From positions 1 through 23,718 of the forward strand of contig JASFEA010000032.1 in NCBI GenBank assembly GCA_050125095.1: DNA of 23,718 bases. The letters are read 5' to 3'. Made by a program: the position numbers and the translations under genes. Positions 8,734-16,381 of the stretch are shown piece after piece. The notes under the pieces were generated by a model, which saw only the letters and a list, made by a program, of their open reading frames with translations, was not told the DNA's origin and ran no database searches. This DNA comes from a bacterium (GTDB lineage: Bacteria > Arandabacterota > Arandabacteria > Arandabacterales > JALGWA01). How positions within the stretch are numbered: the stretch's first letter is position 1; each line of letters opens with the position of its first letter.

Positions 8734-9612
8734 GTGAGAGTCCTGAAATTTCTTTTGTGCCCGTTATTGCTATTCATGATGCTGGCCGGCGCGTCGGCTC
8801 ATGTGTTCGACTCGATCGATTTGAGCAGCAAGGCCCGGGGCATGGGCGGGGCGTGGTCCGCCAGCGGCGACGACGCCACGGCCGTCGCCTATAACCCGGC
8901 GCTACTCATGGACGTCGAGCGCATGAGCGTCGCCGTGACCTATCTTAAGCCGAACCAGCAGAGTTTCGAATCTCTCGCCTATGCGGCCTTCAGTTTCCCG
9001 GTGTGGCGCAACCAGAAAATGGCGGTGGCGCTGCGCAATCTCGGTGTCGATTACCAGGGCACGAGCCTTGAGAACGAGACGACTCTCACCTTCAGCCATG
9101 CTTTCCCCGTTCTCAAGGACATTCACTCCAGGCTCTATGTCGGCTATTGCCTCAATGCCTACATGCTGGAGTTCGGCACCACCCAGACAATGGACCTGGG
9201 AAGCGAGACCTCTTTCGGCCTTGACATCGGGATACTGGGAGTGTTGCGCGAGCGCACGAAGCTCGGCCTGTTCATGAGAAACGTCAATGAACCGTCGGTG
9301 GGGAAGTACCGCAGCGAACCCATTCCGCAGTGGATCACCGCGGCCGTGTCCTACCAGCCCTATTATGGTGTATTGACCGAGCTCGACGTAAGGACCATGC
9401 GCGGCGAGGACGTGGAAATTCTCGTGGGCATGCAATTCGCCGTCATGGAGATGCTCGATCTGAGGGTCGGGTTCCAGACCGAGCCCAATACGCTTACGGG
9501 TGGCTTCACCGTAAAGGTGAGGGCATTTGAAGTCGACTACTCGTACTCGAGCCACTCGGCTCTTCCGGGTACGCATCATGTGGCGCTGAGAGGTTTCCTG
9601 GGAGGTAAGTAG
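8734..9612 (+). CDS. Predicted outer-membrane beta-barrel, PorV/PorQ (T9SS accessory)-like
   Basis: Signal peptide; N-terminal ARGMGGA...DATAVAYNPA motif of PorV/FadL-type barrels; alternating amphipathic strands; C-terminal DYSYSSHSALPGTHHVAL. GGAGG SD, GTG start. Confidence 0.72.
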   Translation: MRVLKFLLCPLLLFMMLAGASAHVFDSIDLSSKARGMGGAWSASGDDATAVAYNPALLMDVERMSVAVTYLKPNQQSFESLAYAAFSFPVWRNQKMAVALRNLGVDYQGTSLENETTLTFSHAFPVLKDIHSRLYVGYCLNAYMLEFGTTQTMDLGSETSFGLDIGILGVLRERTKLGLFMRNVNEPSVGKYRSEPIPQWITAAVSYQPYYGVLTELDVRTMRGEDVEILVGMQFAVMEMLDLRVGFQTEPNTLTGGFTVKVRAFEVDYSYSSHSALPGTHHVALRGFLGGK

Positions 9613-9613
9613 T

Positions 9614-12076
9614 TTGTCGAAGTTGAGGGTGATTATTCTTCTCGCTGCTCTGTGGCTTGGCGCGGCGTACTCTGCCGGACCGGTCGCCGCGGCGGAATTC
9701 CCCATTGATCTCAATAGCGCCACGCTTGACGAGATAAAAGAGCTCCCCGTTGCCGAGGAAACCGCGCAGGCTATTTACGATTACCGTGAATTCAGGGCCT
9801 TCTTCAGAAGCGTCTATGACCTCATGCTGGTGCCGGGCATTGATGCCGAGATTCTCGAAGAGCTCAAGCCTCTTGTGAGGATCGAGCCCGTGGAACTGGA
9901 CGAGATCGCCGAGCGAATGAATGTCGCCCAGAGAATGGTCAGGCAGTGGGGCTCGTCGGAGAGCACCAATGAGGGCCTCATCGACATGTGGATTGACATC
10001 GCCAAGGACCCGCCGAATATAAACACAGCCGATGTTTACGACCTCATGAACATGCAGAACGTCTCGCCTGTGGACGCGGTGTCCGTCGTGAACCACAGGA
10101 AGGCGATCGGCACTTACAGGGGCAGGAGGGACCTGAGATATACGCCCGGCCTTTCGGGATGGGGCTATTATAACCTCCGGTCGCTGGTAAGATACGAAGA
10201 CAAGGCCAAGGCGGGCGACTTCCACGGCACCTATCAGTTCAGGGTGAAATCCTTTGGCTACTACTCCGATACCGAGGAGCTGCTGCAGCAGGATGTGTTT
10301 TCTGCCCAGAACGTCTACGACTCATGGTGGAACCGGCTCGAGCTCGACAACGTGCGGCCGGAGACAGCCCACAAGCTCTATCTCAAGTACTACATAAGCG
10401 AACAGACGGCCGGCCGGATGGGCTTGCACGTCTGGAGGAGATGGGGCGAGACCGAGTACGACCAGCATCTCAAGGGTTTCGTAGCGTTCGAGGACTTCGG
10501 CCTCGGCGACTTCCAGGTCAACAAGCTCGTATTGGGCACGTTCCTCGTAGGCTTCGGCCAGGGCCTGGTGATGGAGAACTCGGACTACTTCAAGGCCCGC
10601 AAGTCGGGTTACTCGTGGGACAAACGTTACTACGGGATCCTGGGAGACGTTTCCAGGACGGATACATACAAGCTCAAAGGCGTCGGGCTCCAGTTCACCT
10701 GGAACCGGCTGAAGGGTATCGGCTTCTTCTCCAATGACTGGAAGGACGCCGTTCTGAATGAAGACGGGTCGGTGTTCCAGCCGATAATACTGACGCCCAG
10801 CATTGATAACGAGATTCTCGAGCAATACGGTCTGCCGCCCATGAAGGACGTTCTTCATGAGAAGACATATGGCGGAAACCTGAGGTTCGCTTACGCTCCG
10901 GGCAGCCACATCGGGATATCCGGCTATGAAAGCCGTTACAATCGCAACTTCGATCCCCAGATGGGGGAGACGTTCATTGCCAGAGAGGACAGGGTCACCG
11001 CGACTGATAACGAGATCTTCGCGAGTTACAAGAGCCCGGGCAAATTCCGCCGCATTCACGGCCTCGAATGGCAGCATGTGTACAAGAACTTCGCAGCGCA
11101 GTTCGAGTACGCCGAGATGCAAATAGACGGCAGCGTGCTCAAGATCGGCGACGATCCCAACTCCTTCGTGGGATCGATCTGGACGCAGTACAACAACCTG
11201 CATTTCCTCGCGCTGTACAGGAATCACGCGCTGGGTTTCGACAATTACTACTCAAGGGGTTTCTCTAATTACGAGAGGTACCGCGGCACGATTCTGGAGG
11301 ACTTCTGGTACCTGAAGGATCCGCTGTACGGCATGCTGGCGGTAAACTCCGCGGCGCCCCAGGCTGAGCGCGGTTTCTATGTCAATACGCGCTACAGGCT
11401 AACCACCAACATAATCCCCAGCCTCGAGTACGACCGCTGGACCAGGGTCGCGGACGGCGCCAGCTACAGCAGGTTCGTCGGCAGGCTGGAGTGGAGGTTC
11501 CTGCATCCCTTGAGGCTCAGGATCCGCCAGCAGTGGCAGGGCAGGCAGGCCGACAACGACCTGTCTCCGATGAGGTATCACCTGGATGAAACCCGCATCG
11601 AGCTTGAGATGCGGTTGTCCAACTACGATCTGGTCGAATTCATGTACATAAGGGGCGGAACGGAGTGGCCCCCCAGGCCGAGGCTGGTCGGTAATCCGTC
11701 CTCGGACGGCGACAATCCCGCGTCGGGCCAGGCGTTTCTGCCCAATAACGCCCTGATCATGCGCGGCTACCACAACTTCAACGACAAGTTCAACGTCAGC
11801 CTGGGCGCAATGACATATGACGGTTTCGTCTGGTATTTCGAGGAGAGCGAGTTCATGCCCATCGAGGGAAAGAGATCGCTCAAGCTCTGGGTAAATTTCC
11901 AGGACAGGCTCTCGGAGAGGCTGTGGCTGGAGATAAAGGCGGCCTGGGACAGGGGCCAGCCGGTCACCAACACCGACGTAAGGCAGTACAACCAGCCTTA
12001 CGGCGAATCTATAGATTATGACTTTCTGGTGATGAAGAAGAGCTATTTCAGAATACAGCTAGATTACATCTGGTAG
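9614..12076 (+). CDS. Secreted protein with two ComEA-like helix-hairpin-helix domains fused to a predicted outer-membrane beta-barrel
   Basis: Signal peptide. IDLNSATLDEIKELP..AQAIYDYR..FRSVYDLMLVPGI and NINTADVYDLMNM..HRKAIGTY..DLRYTPGL. Aromatic-rich amphipathic strands (FGQGLV, ERGFY); terminal YFRIQLDYIW beta-signal. GGAGGT SD, TTG start. Confidence 0.8.
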   Translation: MSKLRVIILLAALWLGAAYSAGPVAAAEFPIDLNSATLDEIKELPVAEETAQAIYDYREFRAFFRSVYDLMLVPGIDAEILEELKPLVRIEPVELDEIAERMNVAQRMVRQWGSSESTNEGLIDMWIDIAKDPPNINTADVYDLMNMQNVSPVDAVSVVNHRKAIGTYRGRRDLRYTPGLSGWGYYNLRSLVRYEDKAKAGDFHGTYQFRVKSFGYYSDTEELLQQDVFSAQNVYDSWWNRLELDNVRPETAHKLYLKYYISEQTAGRMGLHVWRRWGETEYDQHLKGFVAFEDFGLGDFQVNKLVLGTFLVGFGQGLVMENSDYFKARKSGYSWDKRYYGILGDVSRTDTYKLKGVGLQFTWNRLKGIGFFSNDWKDAVLNEDGSVFQPIILTPSIDNEILEQYGLPPMKDVLHEKTYGGNLRFAYAPGSHIGISGYESRYNRNFDPQMGETFIAREDRVTATDNEIFASYKSPGKFRRIHGLEWQHVYKNFAAQFEYAEMQIDGSVLKIGDDPNSFVGSIWTQYNNLHFLALYRNHALGFDNYYSRGFSNYERYRGTILEDFWYLKDPLYGMLAVNSAAPQAERGFYVNTRYRLTTNIIPSLEYDRWTRVADGASYSRFVGRLEWRFLHPLRLRIRQQWQGRQADNDLSPMRYHLDETRIELEMRLSNYDLVEFMYIRGGTEWPPRPRLVGNPSSDGDNPASGQAFLPNNALIMRGYHNFNDKFNVSLGAMTYDGFVWYFEESEFMPIEGKRSLKLWVNFQDRLSERLWLEIKAAWDRGQPVTNTDVRQYNQPYGESIDYDFLVMKKSYFRIQLDYIW

Positions 12077-12091
12077 CAGGGGGGAACTGCA

Positions 12092-13399
12092 ATGAGCCGA
12101 GGCGTGCCGCTGGGTATTCTCCTCGCGCTGGTGATCGTGACTGGTGCATGGGGGTACACGTTTTATGATCTTGGGATAGGAGGCCGGGTCTATACGGGCT
12201 CGGCACGGGGTTCGGCTATGGCCGAGGTGGGATGGTTGAGTGAGGAGAACGCATTTTCCACAATGCTCAACCCGGCGACCCTGGGGACTATGGCTGCCCC
12301 CGATGTCGTCGTTGCCTACCAGTACTACTTCCTGCAGGAGACGAGAGCGTTTCCCGCTTATGACAGCTTCGATGCGCTGCTCGGCTACAACATATACACG
12401 GTCAACAAGAACTTCTACCAGAATGTTGCTCTCGGATTCGCCACGGGCGCCATCCCCCGCGCCCTGGGGCTGTCCTTCGGCATAATGTACTCCCCCGTAT
12501 ACGATTTCAACTATGACTACGAGGAAGAGATCAGGGACCGGAGCAGCTCGTCCCGGCCGGCCGACGAGCTCATTGCGAGGACGTACATAATCGGTGAGGG
12601 TGCCCTGAAGGCCTTGAGTTTCGGTGCCTCAAAGGCCCTTGCCGACGAGGCCAGCGTGGGCGTCAGCCTCGATTATATTTTCGGGAGCTACGATCTCATT
12701 GCAAGGGTAGCCTGGGAGGGCGGTCTTCCGGAAACTAAGGACACCTATTCCGCGTCTAATCAAGGGGGGGTGAGGTTGAGGATTGCGGGGAGAATAGAGG
12801 CCGGTAAACGACTGGAGTTGGGTTTCGAGGCGACTTCGAGGTGTGATATGAAGGGAGATTTCGAGGCCAATACGGCAAATGGTCTCCTCTGGTTCATGCC
12901 GGTTCCGGAGACCGGCGATACCACGCTGAACTGGAAGGACGCCGAAACCACGTATCCGGCTTCGTTTGGCATAGGTGTGAGATTCAAGCCGAGAAACGCC
13001 CTCAGGGGCCATCTGGAGCTGGGGATGAAGTATACAGGATGGAGCGACTATAAGAGCGACTTCTATGGCGATTTCGATTTGGATAATGTCATATCCTGGC
13101 ACGCGGGCGTCGAACACGTTTTCCATAACGGCATGCCCGTGAGGTTCGGCCTTCTCTACAGTCCCTCGCCCAAGGACGAGGACATTAAAGAAGCGGCTTT
13201 CACCTTCGGCACCGGATTCGCGGCCTACGGATGGACCGTGGACTTCTCGGGCAGGATCGGCTGGCAGAAGTACCGCTATCCGGACCTCTTCGACGATGAG
13301 ATGTTCGGTGTGCCGTCGAGCGAGGAAGGCGTCAGGTGGAGGGATGAGGTCAGGGAAACATCTTTCAGCGGAAGGCTTAGCTTCACCAGGGCTTTTTAG
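12092..13399 (+). CDS. Predicted outer-membrane beta-barrel, FadL/OmpP1/PorV-like
   Basis: Signal peptide; SARGSAMAEVG...NPATL N-terminal motif; amphipathic strands (PASFGIGVRF, WHAGVEH, FTFGTGF); terminal GRLSFTRAF. Confidence 0.72.
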   Translation: MSRGVPLGILLALVIVTGAWGYTFYDLGIGGRVYTGSARGSAMAEVGWLSEENAFSTMLNPATLGTMAAPDVVVAYQYYFLQETRAFPAYDSFDALLGYNIYTVNKNFYQNVALGFATGAIPRALGLSFGIMYSPVYDFNYDYEEEIRDRSSSSRPADELIARTYIIGEGALKALSFGASKALADEASVGVSLDYIFGSYDLIARVAWEGGLPETKDTYSASNQGGVRLRIAGRIEAGKRLELGFEATSRCDMKGDFEANTANGLLWFMPVPETGDTTLNWKDAETTYPASFGIGVRFKPRNALRGHLELGMKYTGWSDYKSDFYGDFDLDNVISWHAGVEHVFHNGMPVRFGLLYSPSPKDEDIKEAAFTFGTGFAAYGWTVDFSGRIGWQKYRYPDLFDDEMFGVPSSEEGVRWRDEVRETSFSGRLSFTRAF

Positions 13400-13423
13400 A
13401 AGAACATGATGGGGGTGGGTGAA

Positions 13424-15112
13424 ATGGGAAGGACATTGCTGGTCGGGGTCGTTGCCCTGGCAGTCATCTGTGGTTCCGCGCTGGCCGGGGACCGGGAACC
13501 TATACGCATCGTAATAATGCACACCAATGACATACACGGCGGTATCGACCCCAGCGGGGCCACCTTCATGGACGAGGAGTTTCCCCCCGCTCTCGGAGGC
13601 GGCGCCTCGGCAGTGACGTTGGTTAAGCAGCAGATGGCGAAAGCTGAGGAAGAGGGCAAGGGCTTCCTGCTCTTCGATACCGGGGATTACTGGCAGGGAA
13701 CGCCGGTGGGCAACTACCGCCAGGGCCAGATCGTCGCCGAGTTCCTTAACAGAGTGGGTTATACGGCACGCGTTCCGGGCAACCACGAGTTCGACGCCGG
13801 CTGGGAAGAGGCCTTCGAGCAGATGAAGGACTCGGAGGTCCCCGTTCTCGCGGCTAACCTCGTCGACGGGGAAACGGGCGAGATGCCCTTCTTCGTGGAG
13901 CCCTACATGATAACGGAGGTCAAGGGGATAAAGATAGGGATAATCGGACTCATAACCGAGGAGACCGACTTCTATTCCAAGCCCGAGCACGTCGGCAATG
14001 TCGAGTTTCTGCCGGTGAAGGAAGTCACCCAGAAATATATCGCCGAGATCGAAGATGAGGTTGACCTCATATTCGTCCTCGGCCACCTGGGCATACCCTA
14101 TGATGTATGGTCGGCTTACGACGAGATGGTCGAGACCGGCAGCGAGATGAAGATCCGGTACGGCATGAACGGGATGGAGCTTGTCCACCACGTTGAGGGA
14201 ATAGACGTCTTCATCGGCGGCCATATTCACGTTGGTTATGAGGGCGGCTGGGAAGATCCGGTGACCCATACGATTTGCCTCCAGACCTATGGCCGGGGAA
14301 GCGGTATCGGCATTTACGAGATCCTCGTGGACCCAGATACCAAGACAGTAGTCGGGTACAACCTGCCGGAGGGCCGAGACCAGTCCATTACAACCCTCTT
14401 CCAGGACGAGTACTGGCCGGATGAAGAGACCGCCGAGTGGCTCAGCGAGTGGATCGACAGCGCGGAAGTGGGGATGGACGAGCCGATCGGGGTGGCGCTC
14501 CACGATATCTCAAGAGTCGGAGTGGGCGAGTCCCCGCTGGGCAATATGGTGACGGATGCGATGAGGGAGGCCGTTGACGCCGACGTCGCTTTCACGAACC
14601 TGGGCGGGATCAGGGCGAACATCGGCATGGGCGTTATAACCCCGCGCGACGTCTTCTACGCGGTGCCGTTCGAGAATCATATCGTCTATTATGAGATGTC
14701 CGGCTCATATCTCAAGCATGTCCTGGAATGGCGCGTGAAGGGCATGAGGCAAGGTGCCTATATCTCGGGCACCGAGATCGTCTACAGCAGGGAGCGCCCG
14801 GACTTCGAGAGAATAACGCTTCTTAGAGTCGGGGGCGAGCCCTGGGATCCGGATAAGATCTACCGCGTGGCGACCACGGACTTCATCGCCGCGGGCAACG
14901 TGGGTCTGCAGATCCTCCTGGATATAGACCCGGAATACGTTACCCATACAGATTTATCCATCAAGGAAGCCATCATCGAATACGTGGAGCGGCATTCCCC
15001 TGTGGACCCCAGGGTCGAGGGGAGGTTCCGGAGGGATGATGACGCGGATATGTCACCTGAGCTGGCCGCGTCGCTTCCCAAGTGGAAGCCCCTTGAGGAA
15101 TTGAACCGCTAG
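13424..15112 (+). CDS. Secreted bifunctional metallophosphoesterase / 5'-nucleotidase (UshA-like); alternative starts at 13406 or 13409
   Basis: Signal peptide. Calcineurin-like motifs HTNDIHG, DTGDYWQG, GNHEFD, GHLG, GGHIH. 5'-NT C-domain ESPLGNMVTDAMR, NLGGIRANI, PFEN, YRVATTDFIAAG. Confidence 0.93.
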   Translation: MGRTLLVGVVALAVICGSALAGDREPIRIVIMHTNDIHGGIDPSGATFMDEEFPPALGGGASAVTLVKQQMAKAEEEGKGFLLFDTGDYWQGTPVGNYRQGQIVAEFLNRVGYTARVPGNHEFDAGWEEAFEQMKDSEVPVLAANLVDGETGEMPFFVEPYMITEVKGIKIGIIGLITEETDFYSKPEHVGNVEFLPVKEVTQKYIAEIEDEVDLIFVLGHLGIPYDVWSAYDEMVETGSEMKIRYGMNGMELVHHVEGIDVFIGGHIHVGYEGGWEDPVTHTICLQTYGRGSGIGIYEILVDPDTKTVVGYNLPEGRDQSITTLFQDEYWPDEETAEWLSEWIDSAEVGMDEPIGVALHDISRVGVGESPLGNMVTDAMREAVDADVAFTNLGGIRANIGMGVITPRDVFYAVPFENHIVYYEMSGSYLKHVLEWRVKGMRQGAYISGTEIVYSRERPDFERITLLRVGGEPWDPDKIYRVATTDFIAAGNVGLQILLDIDPEYVTHTDLSIKEAIIEYVERHSPVDPRVEGRFRRDDDADMSPELAASLPKWKPLEELNR

Positions 15113-15198
15113 GCGGTACTGCCTGACGGATTCCTCTTAATTGCCTGCACCTCACCGGCGGGTATATGCCCTGTCGTAGCCTTCATCTTTATTTTTAG

Positions 15199-15227
15199 TT
15201 GAAATCCTGCCTTATCTGTGATACGGT
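15199..15227 (+). promoter_or_regulatory. sigma70-like extended -10 promoter upstream of the 15445 gene
   Basis: TTGAAA (15199-15204), 17 nt ending TGTGA, TACGGT (15222-15227). T-rich tract upstream. Confidence 0.5.
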
Positions 15228-15444
15228 TGATTTTGCAGGGAGGGGGCATGCGTTGCGATTCCAGGTATCTGTTGGTCTTGAAACCTGCTTATCGAACACC
15301 TGGCTGTTTTGGTATCAGGATGTGAGCGACTCGGTTTCATAACCCCGATTCCGGGCGAGCAAGGGGGTGATAATGGCAAGAGATTGTGCAGTTGGGGAGT
15401 AATTCCTTTTGGGTAGCAGTAACGCAGAAGGAGGGAAGGGAACG

Positions 15445-16152
15445 ATGAAGAAGTTGATATTGCTTGCCGTCGTGATCTTCGCGGCTTCGACGGCTTTTGC
15501 GGATGATACCATTTATGACATTCAGAATGGTACCATTCCTTCGGGAACCTATGTGAATGTCGAGGGTGTCGTTGTCACCGCCGGCCCTTACGAGTACACT
15601 TCGACCGGCGCATATTGCTTCGTTGAAGAGCCAGGCGGCGGCGCCTACAGCGGTGTGGAGGTATACTGGGGCAGCGCCCTGGCCGGCACTTACGGCGGGC
15701 TGGTAAGAGGCGATGTGGTCAACGTTTCGGGAACCACCGGCGAGTACTTCGACATGACCGAGATCGACATGAGCGCTCCCGGCGACACGCTGATCGTAGT
15801 CGGCACGGCGCCCGTTCCGGGTCCCGATCTAGTCAATGCCGATGAAATGATGAGCGAGCCGTGGGAAGCGGTTCTTTGCGTGACCAACTGCTGCGTATGT
15901 ACCGTAGCGCCCAATGACTACGGTGAGTGGTTTGTCGAGGACGCGTTCGGCACCGCCAAGTGCGACGACAAGGGTCTCAATCTGACATACGTGGCCGCCT
16001 ACGGCGACTGGAGGATCATCACGGGCGTCGTCTGGTATTCCTATGGCGAGTTCAATATCTCCCCCCGGGACGACGGCGATGTCTTTGATCCAGGCGGCCC
16101 GACGGCTGTCGAGCCCACTACCTGGGGTGGCATCAAGGGTCTATACAGGTAA
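15445..16152 (+). CDS. Small secreted paired OB-fold protein with C-terminal AVEPTTWGGIKGLYR tail
   Basis: ATG 15445 with GGAGG/GAAGGG SD; signal peptide MKKLILLAVVIFAASTAFA. TIYDIQ..VNVEGVVVTA..GDVVNVSGTTGEYFDMTEI..YGEW..PRDDGD resembles the OB modules of the 16382 gene. Confidence 0.78.
   Translation: MKKLILLAVVIFAASTAFADDTIYDIQNGTIPSGTYVNVEGVVVTAGPYEYTSTGAYCFVEEPGGGAYSGVEVYWGSALAGTYGGLVRGDVVNVSGTTGEYFDMTEIDMSAPGDTLIVVGTAPVPGPDLVNADEMMSEPWEAVLCVTNCCVCTVAPNDYGEWFVEDAFGTAKCDDKGLNLTYVAAYGDWRIITGVVWYSYGEFNISPRDDGDVFDPGGPTAVEPTTWGGIKGLYR
16103..16152 (+). repeat. Copy 1 of a 50-bp repeat encoding the AVEPTTWGGIKGLYR-stop tail (copy 2 at 19945-19994)
   Basis: 44/50 nt identical to 19945-19994; the six differences are all synonymous. 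Confidence 0.9.
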
Positions 16153-16172
16153 CTCAATTTTTACTTGATTTT

Positions 16173-16210
16173 AAGGGCCCCGCCCTTCTCGGGCGGGGCC
16201 TTTCTCACTT
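16173..16210 (+). terminator. Intrinsic terminator after the 15445 gene
   Basis: Perfect 10-bp stem GGCCCCGCCC (16176-16185) / GGGCGGGGCC (16191-16200), loop TTCTC, followed by TTTCTCACTT. Confidence 0.85.
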
Positions 16211-16289
16211 CGCCCCGGTTTTGTCGAAAATGACCACTTTTAAGGCACTTTGCTACGCAATTCCGGCATCCCGGAAGTCCTGAATTATA

Positions 16290-16318
16290 TTGAAATCAGC
16301 GGGGTCGTGTGATATACT
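16290..16318 (+). promoter_or_regulatory. Strong sigma70-like extended -10 promoter for the 16382 gene
   Basis: TTGAAA (16290-16295), 17 nt ending TGTGA, TATACT (16313-16318). Confidence 0.75.
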
Positions 16319-16381
16319 TAAGACGTTGGAGAGTCCCCGTATTATAGAGGGGTTATTATTCCCTCGAGAGGAGGAGTGGTT

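Noticed and set aside
239-12076. Classical natural-competence operon (comEA/comEC)
   Set aside because: No ComEC membrane channel, pilin, secretin, ComF or DprA in the window, and both MBL proteins are exported. A role in transformation using genes elsewhere is not excluded.
12629-14503. 624-aa minus-strand ORF, and similar ones at 3370-4653, 6877-8274, 8902-9723 and 10322-11227
   Set aside because: Antisense shadows of well-supported + strand genes, with no recognisable motifs; expected in GC-rich coding DNA.
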